A stretch of DNA of 64,000 nucleotides, from NCBI GenBank assembly GCA_002269645.1, contig NIVC01002899.1, positions 62,001-126,000 on the forward strand, read 5' to 3'. Shown in pieces: positions 24,401-39,500 of the stretch (within the stretch, counting starts at the first letter, position 1; each line of letters begins with the position of its first letter). The notes beneath the pieces were generated by a model that was not told where the DNA came from, did not search any database, and saw only the letters and a list, made by a program, of their open reading frames with translations. The translations under genes and the position numbers were made by a program. This DNA is from Macrostomum lignano. Taxonomy: Eukaryota.

Positions 24401-26671
24401 GTACGTGACTACTAACAGTTCCAGTCAAGAGTAGTAGTCAGTATGGAGCATTTCTGCAGCCAAGAATATTTATTCTGGGCATTCAGCCGCTGTAATTAGC
24501 TTGCATGCAGAGAAAAATTCTTTTGCTCCAAATTGCAACTCGGAATCGAGGGCAGGGGGGAGATGGGGAACGAAGGCTGCTGGGCAGAATCCCCAGACCA
24601 TCTCCAGGGAGGCAGCAAAGGCTCCGCTCCCCGAGCACCCCTCGCCCGATATCCCATCAATCAAACTCCCAATTTCACTTCCTTTAATCCAGCGAAGCCC
24701 TGGCTGTTAAAGTACAAGCCTAGGCTCAAACGGAGAATCCTTGAAATCGAATATGGTAAAAATATTGAAGCTCCAGGCAGCAGTTAACGCTGGCTGACTC
24801 ATGCAAAACTGCTGTCTGGACAGGGGAAATTCAATAGGGGTCAACAGGGAGACTCAGATTAGTCAGGGGTATTGGGACACAGGTACACTCAGTATATATA
24901 TAGGAGTCTGTGGGTATTGGGACACAGGTACACTCAGTATATATATAAGAGTCTGTGGGTATTGGGACACAGGTACACTCAGTATATATAGGAGTCTGTG
25001 GGTATTGGGACACAGGTACACTCGGCATATATATAGGAGTCTGTGGGTATTGGGACACAGGTACACTCGGCATATATATTGGAGTTTGTGTGTATTTGGA
25101 CACAGGTACACTCAGTATATATATAAGAGTCTGTGGGTATTGGGACACAGGTACACTCAGTATATATATTGGAGTCTGTGGGTATTGGGACACAGGTACA
25201 CTCGGCATATATATAAGAGTCTGTGGGTATTGGGACACAGGTACACTCAGTATATATATAGGAGTCTGTGGGTATTGGGACACAGGTACACTCAGTATAT
25301 ATATTGGAGTCTGTGGGTATTGGGACACAGGTACACTCAGTATATATATAGGAGACTGTGGGTATTGGGACACAGGTAAGATCCAGAAGGTTCTCAGCGT
25401 GTACAGTCCCGGGTCTGTAAAAGTGCACTTGGACGGGAAACTACAATCTACAATTCCCGTGAACGCACAAGTCTCACTCACTGGATGTGCTCGTGAATCC
25501 ACTGAATCGCTCTGTACTGGTCGTACAGTCCCGCATTTCCCGGTGCCTCGGTGTCGTCCAAGAACATGAAGCCGAGTGCTCCAGTCCGATACTGCATCGA
25601 GGCGACAACAACGTCGCCAGTCGCCGCCAGCACCGCGCCGTCGTAGACTTCGAGCGAGGACGAGCCGCCAAAGAAGCCGCCGCCGTAGATCCACACCATG
25701 ACGGCCTTGCCAGCCTTGCCCTTCTCTCCCGCCTTGTCCAAGGTTGGCGTCCAGACGTTTAGGTAGAGGCAGTCCTCGGACATCTCGGTATTGTTCCACC
25801 ACATCATCAGGGCCGGGTTCTGCGCGGGAGAGAGAGAGAGAGAGAGTTGTTGCTGCAGTCGAATAGTTTATTGCGTCTTAGCAGGACAGTCCGCCGGTGC
25901 CTAGACAGACGCGCACCATCTGTTTCTTAAAAAACTAGTTACTGAAGCCTTCAAATCGTTTTTGTGAAACAAAGTTGCACAGAATGATACATAGCCGCCT
26001 TAGAAATGTGTCGCTAGAAATGTGCCGTTAAAAAGATATCGCTATAAATGTGTCGCTATAAATGTGTCGCTAGAAATGTGTCGCTAGAAATGTGCAGCTA
26101 GAAATGTGTCGCTAGAAATGTGTTGCTAGAAATGTGTCGCTAGAAATGGGTCGCTAGAAATGTGTCGCTAGAAATGTGCAGCTAGAAATGTGTCGCTAGA
26201 AATGTGTTGCTAGAAATGTGTCGCTAGAAATGGGTCGCTAGAAATGTGTCACTAGAAATGTGTCGCTAGAAATGTGTCGCTAGCAGTTGGAACGCACCTT
26301 CTTCTCAAAATCCTGCGGTTTCAGGGGCCAGTAGTAGCAGGTCTTCGGCTTTCGAGAGGCGTCAAAGGGCTGGCTGTAAGTCCCCAGAGGCGTGTCCAGC
26401 GGCACGGTGGGCTTGAACCGCAGCGGGCCCACAGGCGGCTTGGCGTAGGAATGCCCAGGTAATTCCACAACGACTTGCCCCTAATGCTGCTCTTGAAGCC
26501 ATGAATGCTGGACACCTGGGAGCCTTTGTACAGGTAGACTGTGTGCCCGTTGTCCGAGGCCTGCCGCTCGGGCCTGCTGTGGCTGGGTATGGCCAGGGCT
26601 TCGCAGTGTAGCGCAACATTGATTGCTGCTGCTGCTACTAGCAGAACAGCCGGGAGAGCGTCAATCTGCAT
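18487..26671 (-). CDS. ace: Cholinesterase A (AChE-like, signal peptide plus GPI-type C-terminus); exons 26671-26298, 25819-25482, 22481-22220, 21339-21072, 20703-20088, 19105-18900, 18629-18487; 1-nt frameshift in exon 1
   Basis: LGIP(Y)AKPP, SEDCLYLNVW, oxyanion hole YGGGF, nucleophile FGESAG, acid GVVKNEG, His GVLHGYE, FWTNFAKTG-NPN, CNFW and hydrophobic end FRGVFLGLVGAFELLRFLHL*. Phases are consistent at all GT-AG junctions. CCC appears as CC at 26448-26449 relative to paralog B. Confidence 0.92.
19280..19925. repeat. 19-21-bp minisatellite (GGCGCCAGCTACAGAGGGG / GGCGCCAGCTACAATGAG)n in ChE-A intron 5
   Basis: Two alternating unit variants give an approximately 40-bp dimer. Confidence 0.93.
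20770..21040. repeat. CAGCCACCCCACTCCT-type minisatellite in ChE-A intron 4
   Basis: Tandem 13-19-bp units. Confidence 0.9.
21484..21785 (+). mobile_element. tRNA-derived SINE (family 1) with a CORE-like central domain, in ChE-A intron 3
   Basis: A box TAGCCTAGTGG, B box GGTTCGAATC (21535-21544) and GTGTCCTTGAGCAAGACACTTAAC (21566-21589, resembles the MIR/CORE-type motif). Has a TCA-rich tail and flanking direct repeat TTATGAGTCTAG (21464-21475 and 21786-21797). Confidence 0.8.
22853..24292. repeat. 10-bp satellite (GTGCATCCGT)n with higher-order structure, ChE-A intron 2
   Basis: About 1.44 kb; the left part has a 30-bp period because every third unit reads ...CCGA. Confidence 0.97.
24865..25378. 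repeat. 43-45-bp minisatellite in ChE-A intron 2
   Basis: GGGTATTGGGACACAGGTACACTCAGTATATATATAGGAGTCTGT, about 12 copies. Confidence 0.95.
26000..26283. repeat. 14-bp minisatellite (TAGAAATGTGTCGC)n in ChE-A intron 1
   Basis: Same unit as 42385-43282 in ChE-B intron 1. Confidence 0.95.
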
Positions 26672-27174
26672 GGCTCAGCGTCGTACTGCCTGTCTGTCTG
26701 CAAGGATTGAAATTTGATAGCTGATGGATGCACAGAAGCTTATTTAAGTCTGAGCGAAACTGTCAGTCCGTCGGATTGGGTGCAAACAGCCACGGGCCCT
26801 GCTGGCTAATAGGCAGAAACGGCATTGCCTTCACCAGCCCCGTGTTCCCAGCCACACCCGGCAAGCACTTCTCCTAAGATCTCAAACGTAAAGTAATGGG
26901 AAGTTTCTCTTGCCGCTATGGAAATCCCATCCAGTAAACTTTAGCTGGCAACGCCCAGGGTCCCAGGGTGGGCATGGAGAGAGTTTTGTAAAACTTTGCT
27001 CACGCGGCTTGCTCTGGGGGGCTTCGTTTCAAGGAACGGCTGGACTGCGCCTGAAGATGCTTATAAATAATTCAGCAGGCAACATCCACCGCCCTGGCTG
27101 CCTTGGGGGCTGCGGGACTGAAAACTGCTTGGTGAGGAGCTGCGAAACTGAGATGGGAGGGCGCTGGCAGCTGC

Positions 27175-27925
<751 letters not shown>

Positions 27926-28761
27926 CCTGTCTCTCTATCGATCTATCCATCTTGTTGAGTGTGGCAGTCAGATTGCTTCAGTACAGGTGTAGGCAGAAAT
28001 GCAAAAAGTTTCTCTTCAGTTCCACCTGCATTAATCCTGCTATCCAGAAGCTGCAAAAGTACACGAGGCAAAGGGAAGGCCGTGCAATTAGAGGACTCAC
28101 ATAATTAAGGGCCTTGTTAGCGACGCGAATGAGACTCCGGCTGAAGGTGCCGCTCTCTCCCAGCCCTTCCCTGTTCTCCTGTGCAAGTTTGTCTTCTTCT
28201 GTCTTTAATTCCAAGCAAAAAAGGTGTTCAGTTCAGCCGTGGGGGTGACACGAAATTCGTCAGCCGTAGAAAACGGAGGCTCGCTACAAAGCCGTTGCAG
28301 AACGGGAGGACGAAGAATGTTGATGCCTTAAACCAATTTTTTATAAAACTGTGCTCCTGTATTTATCTGCAGCATAGGAGAGGAGAGTGAGGGAGGCTGG
28401 GGCCGGAGCAGGGGTGGTGGCCGGGTTGGCCCCGCGCAGCTCAGTCTGTCCGTTGCGGTTTTGCAGTGAAGAAAACTTCTCGTGCAGCCGGGATTAGGCG
28501 GAGCCACTCCAGTCAAATATTGGCGCTGCCGAGGAGATGGCGCGGCGCTTAAGTGGGGACCCATAAAGCCGGCAGGGGGTCAGGGATTGAAAGACGGGGA
28601 TGAGGAAGAAGTGGCGCGTTGGACTTGTTGGAGCGAGTCTTACTTTGGCGGGGGTGGGCGAGGGGAGTGCACAAGTGGGCAGGGAGCGCAGGGCTTCACT
28701 AAAGTGCCAGCAACAGTGCCCAATTGCCAATATTCTCCAGTCGGGTGGCAATAAAACTACC

Positions 28762-29872
<1,111 letters not shown>

Positions 29873-29955
29873 AAGCAGTGGCAGTGCACAAAATATAACT
29901 TGAGATGCAATATGGTACTTATCAGCTCAATCCATGCAGCATGAAAGTTTAGTCT

Positions 29956-32549
29956 ATGGCAGAGAGTGTGTGTCCAAAGCAGCAGACAACGTTTATACTC
30001 TCTGATATTAAGTAAGTTTCAATTGCTTGCTAAAATTTAACTTTGCTCAGCAACAGAAACTTGAATCACTTTCTTTTTCGGCACTCACAGAAGCGGCACG
30101 AGTTGCCTACACAAAGAAAAGTCGATCATGTTGAGCAAAAAGTGCCGCAGCAGTTTGAAGCTGCGAGTCGGTGAGCTGGAGAGCCAAGACAGCTTTGCCC
30201 AGTTTGGTAAGCCGCCATCGCCTTCTTCAGTTATTGATTTAAATAATCTTAATTAAGGAAAAGTTACATGATTTTATACAAGGTTAGGTTAAGGTCCCAG
30301 TCTAACACAGACACAATGGGAGGTGTTACACAAGTCATAGTCTAACACAGACACAATGGGAGGTGTTACACAAGTCATAGTCTAACACAGACACAATGGG
30401 AGGTGTTACACAAGTCATAGTCTAACACAGACACAATGGGAGGTGTTACACAAGTCATAGTCTAACACAGACACAATGGGAGGTGTTACACAAGTCATAG
30501 TCTAACACAGACACAATGGGAGGTGTTACACAAGTCATAGTCTAACACAGACACAATGGGAGGTGTTACACAAGTCACAGTCTAACACGGGCACAATAGG
30601 AGGTGTTCACACAGGCACCCATCCAACTCAGATATTCAACCCTCACTTCCTCACTTCCCAATGTTAACTCCTTTGTTGTCCCCCATCAGCCAACCAGACT
30701 CGCAGGCAGCAGCCAAACGTTATGAAGTCGCTGCAGTGGTTCGACGATTTCGGCTGCAGCTCCTCGTCCTCATCCTCGTCGCCGCAAGTCGTCGACAGTC
30801 CTCAGAGTCGAGCTGATGTCAACCGCAGCGTCGCCGCCACCGACGAAGTAGATCCAGAAGACGCCGTCAGGTCCAGCAGCAACAGCAAGCAGCTGCTGGA
30901 TGACAACAACAACAGCAAAGGCATCGATGTGTTGAACTTGCCGTCAACAGCGGAGGCTTTGGCCAAGCAGAAGACTTGGATTGTCATCAACTTCCGCTAC
31001 CGGATGCGCTGGCATCAGGCCAAGCCATTTCTGGAGAAGCACTCGAAAGAGGATGCCTACAAGGTGAGAACATTATCGATCGCAGAGTGCTGATGGGTGG
31101 AGGGGCACCACAGGCTATGGCGTCTGACTCTCTTGAATATATTAATATTATTATTACTATTACGAGCTACTATTAAGATAACTGTAGGAAGTGTACATGT
31201 AAGCGTCTGACTACTAAATAATATAACCAAACTTTTTGCAGCAACTTAACGTTCTTAATTTGCTATGGTGGAACTAGACATTTTTAATTTTTGTTGGCCC
31301 TATTGCTTTTTTTATTTTAAGAGCCGTTTTTATGCAGCAAACAAAACAGCCACCTTGATAACTGTGATGCAGTTCCGTGTTTGCTGCACACGCGACTATC
31401 ACAGCGGGTTTGTCATGTGGCTCAAGGTAGACGGGCAGAATCCTTGTAGACTAGCAATATGCTCAATCTACATGTATATATTGGAAACAGTCTGCCCCAA
31501 GCAAGCTATGCTCGTATATCTGATAACATTTTGCAGTCTCACGACCCTTTTTAGTACATCAGTGAGCCGACTCGAGAATCCGTCGCTTTTTTGCTTTCAA
31601 TCTTGCTCTCAAAGTCACGCGTATCTTGTTTCAATATTCTCAAGAATAATAATAGTACACACTATCGCGCATCTCATTTAATTTTATATAATTTATCTGT
31701 GTACCAACGACTAGATTTCTTACTTTCTACTTACAGTAGCTGGAAAGCGTATTTAATGTTTATTTTATTTGCAAAACGTTTTTCACCATTTAAGCCGGAA
31801 AATTTGAACTATTGGACGCGGTACGTTCGAGTTTCGCAGCATCGCAAGGTGCCGTTTCTAAACGCGGTGCGGGCCTTCAGAAACCGGATGCAGTGCCCCG
31901 GCATCCAGATGCGCTACACGCTCAACGCTTTTCATCACAAGGGTGCCGACACGGAGAGAAACAAAAACCCGGGACCGCTGCAGTGAGTTCCTTGGCCGGG
32001 GATTTTCGTATTAACTTTGGCTATTTGCTGGATTAGCAATCCATTTGAATTGAATTAAAGAGATAGATTAGCAATCCATTTGAATTGAATTAAAGAGATA
32101 GATTAGCAATCCATTGGAATTGAATTAAAGAGATAGATTAGCAATCCATTTGAATTGAATCCGGTGCAAAATGCAAAATGCAAAAAAAGAAGATAAATCT
32201 AATTAGCTATCGTTCGCAAACTCTTAAATCTCTAAATACGAGTATATATTTAACCCATTCCATGTAAAAGTGAAAAACAACTCGCTAAATTTTCTGGAAC
32301 ACCCCTAATTTCGTTTGTGATTCCGCAGCCCCACCGCTCTGCCGGTGTTTCGCTGTCCGGACGACATTCCGGAATTTCGAAAGATGGCCAACGCTGTTGT
32401 GAGAGTTTATTAAAACAAATATTAAAAAGCAAATCTGGTAAACTTAGTACAATTACGTTTTTTCATTTTTACAGATTAACGTCTTCGTAACCACAGACGA
32501 CGCGTTCTTCGACGAGTTCTGGAAAGAGGCCCTGTCCAAACAGGCTTAA
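29956..32549 (+). CDS. Unidentified 5-exon gene; exons 29956-30011, 30091-30206, 30690-31063, 31795-about 31983, 32475-32549
   Basis: GT-AG junctions chain in phase for exons 1-4 (MAESVCPKQQ...SDIK-SGTSCLHKEK...DSFAQF-ANQTRRQQPNVMKSLQWFDDF...KEDAYK-PENLNYWTRYVRV...). The last exon INVFVTTDDAFFDEFWKEALSKQA* needs one extra base, probably in the A5 run near 31964. No family was recognised. Confidence 0.65.
30298..30600. repeat. 40-bp minisatellite (about 7.5 copies)
   Basis: AGTCTAACACAGACACAATGGGAGGTGTTACACAAGTCAT, perfect copies in an intron. Confidence 0.95.
32030..32160. repeat. 35-bp tandem repeat (about 4 copies)
   Basis: GATTAGCAATCCATTTGAATTGAATTAAAGAGATA. Confidence 0.9.
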
Positions 32550-33134
32550 AAATTGACTCGATGTAACAAAACTTTTCGTTGATTCGAACCGAATAGCAAA
32601 AGTCAAATTTGTTTAATTGTTTTGCAATGAAGCTCGAAAAAATATTCTTGAAACCGTAAGAAACATTGCTAAAATATTTTTTATCCATTTAATTTTGGCC
32701 GTACTGCGAAAATATTTTTTGTCAAAAAATACAACTCACCGGCTTAAGTTAACGAAGCGGCAGCCAAGTTTGCCTTCCATTGTTCTCCCGAATAATGTGC
32801 CCATTTTTTCTCAGGTTCCGTCTCACTTCAAATGACTTTCAGCTTTCCTGCTCTCCATTCTCTCGATCGTGATCGACCTCTACACTTAGTCTCTTTCTCT
32901 CCCTCTCTACTCTCCCCATGTCTATACTCTCTCTCCCTATAATCTCTCCCTCTCTACTCTCCCCATGTCTATACTCTCTCTCCTTATAATCTCTCCATCT
33001 CTACTCTCTTCATCTCTACTCTCTTCATCTCTACTAGTTCCCTCTCTTCTCTCCGCCTCTATTCCCTCTGCCTCTACTCTCTTCTTATCTCTGCTTTATC
33101 TTTCTCTCTACTCTCTTCCTTTTTAATTTTATTA

Positions 33135-33253
33135 GACGCACGGTGGCTGTGTGCACTCTGGTGCACTTTAAGCGACATTGTCGCACAACCGGCGAGAGGC
33201 ATTGCTGCCCATTATGCCGACTCCCATGAGCAGGCACACAGGCGCACGGATAC
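33135..33253 (-). mobile_element. 3' fragment of SINE family 2, cut off at the Gypsy LTR end
   Basis: Homologous to 18027-18139; ends in AATAAAATTAAAA on the minus strand. Confidence 0.65.
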
Positions 33254-35950
33254 TGTTGTTTCTGCCAGCCAAATAAATGATTTCGACTCGGGGAGTTCAG
33301 AGAAAGGAGAGGTGGCTCTTGGCTAGTGAGCTAGCACTCGATATATGAGCATATTGTCTGACTGATAAATGTACTTCAGTGCGATTAAGTTACGTGACGC
33401 TCCGTGACGCTGCACCGCGGCTCCAGGTCCGTCGTTGACTCGGTGCTTGCTGGTTGAAGACGATCTATAAGGGGCAGATGGAGCTTCTGTCCCAGCATCA
33501 GTTCGGCCGGCGACTTCCTGGACAGCGCGTGCTCAGATGACCGATGCACTAGCAGCAGCTCCTGGACCGCCTGCTTCACCGGCACGCCGTCGGCGCGAGA
33601 GCGCGCGCAGTGAGGTCTTGATGAAGCCGTTGAACCTCTCGACTCCGCAATTCTGCTGTGGGCAGTAGAGCGAAGGGCGACGGTGCTCTAGGTCTGTGAA
33701 CTCGGTCAACACAAACTGAGGTCCGTTGTCCGTGCATGGTGATTTCGTCTGGTAGCCCCCAGCAGACAAAAAGGCTGCGAAGGGCTTCGATGTTGGCAGC
33801 GGAAGTCACGCGGATGAAGATGCGCTGATATATCAAGTCACTTGGAGCGGGGATATTGGACTGCGATGAAAAATCGATGGGACTGCGGCACCTCGGCTGC
33901 TGGCAGCTCTCCAACGGTGTCGACTTTGCAGTTGCCGCCATGGACTCGCTGGTAGCTTCGTTGCTGACCATGGGACCTCTCGATCGGCTTGAACGCCTTC
34001 TCGGACAGGATGCAGGCGCTGCAGTTCCGCGTCATGCCCTCCACGTCGCTGTCGATGCGAGGCAACGAGACCGAGTCGCAGCACAAAAAGTCGCGGAGGT
34101 CAGTCGGGATGACGGGCTCGACTGCCGATAGCCAGAGCTCGTGTTGCACTTGATGGAAATCTTTCAGGCTGGCTGGAACCTCGTTTAGTCATCCTTTGAA
34201 GAGGAACCCGATGACTCGCTGCAGTTGATTGTCGCTCTGGGTTTCATCGGCCATGTCAACTTGGCTCAGGGTCGCGCTCAGGACGGCGTCGCTGCAGTCA
34301 CTGAAGACGACCGGTTCTGTGATGGCACCTCGCTGAAGGCCGCCTTGAAAGTGGTTCGGTGACTTGAGACAGGTTCTTGATGTAGAACTGGAAAAACCTT
34401 GCAAAGTCGAGGAATGAAGCCGACTCTGCTGTATTCTTGGGTGCCTTGAGTTCAAATACGGACTCGTTGTGCGACTGGAGCGGTTGGATTCCAGCTGCGC
34501 TGACGCAATATCCGACGAACTCGATCTCCAACGCCTTGAAGTTGCACTTATTGAGATTGACGGTCACCCAATACTGCAGCAGCTTGTCCAGTACCTGAAG
34601 TACGCGACTGTCGTGCAACAGCAATGTCGTCTTGATTGTGAACGAGGCCTCTGATGCCTTGGAGGATCTTGTCGACGACCTTCTGGAAGGCCGCCGAAGC
34701 TGAGCTGATCTCAAGAGGCCGAATTTGGTGTGGAGCTGGTTTATGCGTCATCGTGCAGAGGCAGCTGTAGATACGACTGGTTGAGGTCGATCCCTGAGAA
34801 AACTTTGAATTGTTGAATTCGGTCACTCACCTGATCGGCGAAGGTATGGCAGTGGACATCGAGTCCGAGATTATTGCCTTGTTGACGTTTTGCAGATCAA
34901 CGCAGAGACACAGCTTCCCATCGGCCTTGCGGGCACAGGTGACGTTAGAGACAGCTCGATGATGCCTTCTTCATCCTAACGTTGAATCTCGCTGTCGCAC
35001 TCCTGACGCAGAGCTGCGGGCGGAAATTTCGGGTAGAAGGGGGCAGACGGTGGGCAGAAACTTTTGATTTCACCGAGTTCAGTGCCCAGGGCGTTGTATC
35101 AATACTTGCCTGGAATCCATCCAAGCATCGACGTGGTCGAAGGCTCCTAATTTGACTCGACTGCAGTAATCTAATGTCTGGAAGGCCTCCCCGGCGACGT
35201 TGACGGTCGCAGGGGGATCTTGGGCCCGAAAAGCTTCCAGCAGGCCTGCATGTTGATGATGGAGACCTTGGCAGCTTTGTCCATCAACAGCGGAATGACG
35301 GCGAAGATGATTTGCTAAGGGGAGCTCTCTCGTCAGCTGCATTCTTGCCGGTCAAGGACTTCTCAATCTGGACAGCTTTTTCCACCTGGGCGGCAATCTG
35401 GATTGCTCCGTCCAGGGTGAGCTCTCGTTCTAGCAGGAGGCGTTCGCGCACCTTCGCTGATGAAGTGCCGAAGATCAGCTGGTCCAGGATGAGTTCGGCG
35501 TGAAGGCTCTGGAACTCGCAGTCTCTGGCGGCCGGAGCAGTTTGCATGCCGCCTCGAGTGTCTCTGGAGCTTCATCCGGGGACTTGATGACAGTCCGGTG
35601 GACTCGCGCTCCTTCTCGCCGGAGGCAGTGCACAAGCAGTGCGATCTTCCTGGCTTCTTGCAAGCCGTCAACTCCTGACGCTAGCAGGCAGGTGTCGAAC
35701 TCAGTGGATCACAAAGTTTCCAATGAAACCGCAGGTGTTCTTGGGCTGTCAAGAAATTCTAAAAACTCAAAATTCGCGGTGTTAAGCTTGCAGAATTGCA
35801 AGGCGATAGTGTGAGTTGAGAACTTTGAATTCTGCGCGGGTTGGGATTTTGTAATTAAGTCCCTACTTGCGATGCCAGTGTTGTGGCTCTGCTACCAAAA
35901 TGAATGAAGTCAAGTTAGGAGTTCGGGAGTTGAAGTTTAATAGCTAGCTA
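33254..35950 (-). mobile_element. Degenerate Ty3/Gypsy LTR retrotransposon (gag, RT, integrase remnants)
   Basis: gag-like LDQLIFG...VRERLL.E.ELTLDGAIQIA. RT-like SSASAAFQKVVDKIL.GI....QDD and NLNKCNF...EFVGY...GIQP. Integrase NCSAC, WGLP, TDNGPQF and VERFNG. Many frameshifts and stops. Similar LTR ends TGTTGT..TCTGC...AAAT.AATGA at 33254 and 35879, with a PBS-like TGGCATCGCAAGTAGGGA at 35877-35860. The outer boundary is approximate. Confidence 0.88.
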
Positions 35951-36504
35951 TAGATTTTTTGTAATCAAGGATAAGGATTAAGCCGTTTTAAAGTTATAAA
36001 AATGTATTCTTATCGTCATTATAAAAAGCTTAATAATAAATAGCATAAGTAACATCTGAATAACTATTAGTAAGGCAGCTTAGATGTTTGATTTTGTTAT
36101 ACTAATGCCGATAGTGTTAATATAAAAGTTCAAGAAATTGAAGTTCAAGTCTTCAAAAATGGTTTTAATCAATTAAAGTAGCTAAATTTGTTGAAAAGGT
36201 TAGAATATAAAAAAGAAAAAAAACGGTAAATTAATTAGCTGCATGTATTTTTGAGATTATTTGTAATAAATTGTGACAAAATATGGAAAGGAAATTATTA
36301 ACAAAAACTATAACAAAAATTAGGTTCTGTGAAAATCTAGAATGCTTTAAAAAACAGTAGCAAAGGATTAAAAAAGAATTAATAATATTATCAGTGTTCG
36401 ATATTGAAAAAATAATTTCCAACCGATTACTTGACGTTAACTTTTTTGTTAGCACACTTATAACAAAAATCAACGTTAATTTGTCTGCATGCATATCTAG
36501 CTGG

Positions 36505-39500
36505 TTAAAGCAGAGACAGTTGAACCAATCCAGCAACCAGGATGATGAAGGCAAGTTTGCCCTGCAGTGCATTAGCAGAGCTGGCTGGTCCCATGGTCGG
36601 CTCGCTGCGCCTATCTGACGAACAATCATCTGATTGTAGGGTAGGTGGATATTATTTAAAACAGTAGTTTCTCAGGCATAAACCTGCATGGATTTTTATG
36701 CACCTGGCTAAACCTAAACATAAACAGCAAGATAAATGGTTTCGTCACTTGGTTTTGGGCCATAGACAAATGAGCAAAAAGCAACTGCGCAGCTTGATCA
36801 AGATTGTCTATGGTAAATAAAGCGAAAGAAAGATGAGAGATGAGAGGGGGAGAGAAGGGACGAGAGACGGGATGAGAGAAGAGATAAATGAGAAGAGATG
36901 AGAAGAGAAGATGAGAGAGATAGAGGAGAGAGGATAGATAGGGTAGAGAGGAAAGGGGAGAGAAGAGATAGGAGACAAGAGATAAGAGACCTGAGAAGAG
37001 ACACAGACCTTGAGCGAGACAGAGTGATATTGTGAAGTTTTTTCTCTTCTCTCTCCTTTCCTCTCCTCTCCTCTCTTCTCCTTTCCTCTCCTCTTCTCTC
37101 CTCGGTAAAATGTTTGTCGAACCCTGCCATAGACAATACCGGTCGAGAATTGCTACGGAGAGAACTGTCCTGAGTTCAATATAGTTTTTTGCAGCCATTT
37201 GAGCCTACACGCATTGAATTTAATTCGAGATATGTTCGCCAAAGTAGCTAATGGAGCTAGCTAGCTAAGAAAGGGCCTGATACTCACATCTTGCACCAAT
37301 TTGTCGCACAATATTTGGCACCTGGTAGCGCAGAAAGTCGCACTGCCGTTTGCGCAAATTTTGACCAATTCGGAACGATGAAGCTGTTGAAGGCCTCGAT
37401 TTGAGCACGATGTATGAGCGGTCGGATAGGTTGTAGGCCGGCCAAGCCTCTCCACTCAGGCTGCTCGAGTTGAACTGGTTAGGGTTGCTGTTCAAAGTTT
37501 GAGGATTGGACTCGGGTAGAATTCTAGATGAGCCTCCAGCCTCTAGATAAACAAGCCTCTAGATGAGCCTCTAGACTCTAGATGAACAAGCCTCTAGATG
37601 AGCCTCTAGACTTTATATGAACAAGCCTCTAGATTCTAGATTAACAAGCCTCTAGATGAGCCTTTAGACTTTATATGAACAAGCCTCTAGACTCTAGATG
37701 AACAAGCCTCTAGACTCTAGATGAACAAGCCTCTAGACTTTATATGAACAAGCCTCTAGACTCTAGATGAACAAGCCTCTAGACTTTATATGAACAAGCC
37801 TCTAGACTCTAGATGAACAAGCCTCTAGACTTTATATGAACAAGCCTCTAGACTTAATATGAACAAGCCTCTAGACTCTAGATGAACAAGCCTCTAGATG
37901 AGCCTCTAGACTTTATATGAACAAGCCTCTAGATTCTAGATTAACAAGCCTCTAGATGAGCCTTTAGACTTTATATGAACAAGCCTCTAGACTCTAGATG
38001 AACAAGCCTCTAGACTTTATATGAACAAGCCTCTAGACTTTATATGAACAAGCCTCTAGACTCTAGATGAACAAGCCTCTAGACTTAATATGAACAAGCC
38101 TCTAGACTTTATATGAACAAGCCTCTAGACTCTAGATGAACAAGCCTCTAGACTCTAGATGAACAAGCCTCTAGACTTTATATGAACAAGCCTCTAGACT
38201 CTAGATGAACAAGCCTCTAGACTTAATATGAACAAGCCTCTAGACTTAATATGAACAAGCCTCTAGACTTTATATGAACAAGCCTCTAACTGAGCCTCTA
38301 GACTCTAGATGAACAAGCCAGATAGACATCGGATAGACGTTGGATCGCTGTACAGTCAAGAATCAGTGGTCTGGGACGCTGTGATCATCCCAGACACCCG
38401 AAGCAGATACTCCGATAAGCCTCGATGAAGAAATTGGCAAAAACTTCGCATCAAACTCACCCAGTCCTGGCAAAGTTAGTCCAGAATTTCATCACATCAT
38501 CGCTTAGCTGCGACTCTGACGTTGTAAAATTGTGCCGAATCGCTGATTAAACGGTGTCCCGAACACGTAGTCCAGCTCATAACCGTGCATAACTCCCGTC
38601 CATTCAGGCAGCGGAAGCATCTGACTTCTCTGCTCAAATGAGTACATCCAAATAGAGTTAGACCCATTCGTACCCAACATCTGGGCGTACATTTCGGCGA
38701 AGTCGACGGTGGGACACTTAAAACTCCTGTCGCTGGTTAAATCGTCGAGAGCGTCCAGCGTTTCTTTCGCTGTCCACGAAGTCCGACCAAAGAGCTTCGA
38801 CGGCACCTGGTACTCGAAGGAGACCGCCTCCGTGACTAAGCTGTCCAGGTGAGTATTATTGACGATGAAGTACCTAGCAACCAGGTTGTACGGGTCTTTG
38901 TCCATGTCCAGACCGGTACGGTTTTGCACCAGAAAATCGTAGTCCCTGTTCAGCTGCTGGTCGAGGGGTTGGCCCCACCAGAATGGAATATTCCAATTGC
39001 CGTTGTTGTGCATGAATATGCCGCCTAGAGCGTACATTATCCAGAATGCGCCTTCATCCTTGACTACACCTGAAGAACGATTGAAATATGTTTGATAAAT
39101 TATGCGAGTGTAGTCGGATCAATTACAAAGACTATATTTCAGATCCTAAAAAGTGTAGTGATCCGCTAGTTTGGTGTTAGGCGTCGCACTATTGTCAGCA
39201 GCTTCCCTCGCCCTCGCCCTCGCCCTGGGTTGCTGTCTGTTGCTGGGCAGCCTCCCTCCCCTTTTGCTGCCTGTTCTCTGTCGCCCCCCCCTCTTCTCTG
39301 CTTTGGCCTGCTCTGCGGTTTTTTCCCGTCCTGAGGTCACGCTGGTGGCCTGTTTCCCTTGTCAGGTGAGCAAGTCACCTGACAAGTCTTGTTTTCTCGA
39401 AGTCCTAAAGTGCAGTAAACATGTGGAATCACGTGGTTCGGGGCCCTTGCCTTCTTTGTAATAGGTGACTCATGTTTCTAAAAATAGATACTGAGTCATG

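Noticed and set aside
22787-24408. Cys/His-rich metal-binding-like ORFs (VCIRVHPCAS, MHTDAHGCTR)
   Set aside because: Translation of a 10-bp satellite inside ChE-A intron 2.
30298-30600. CRISPR-like arrays (this and other 20-61-bp repeats)
   Set aside because: The units are head-to-tail with no unique spacers, the context is eukaryotic introns, and there are no cas genes.
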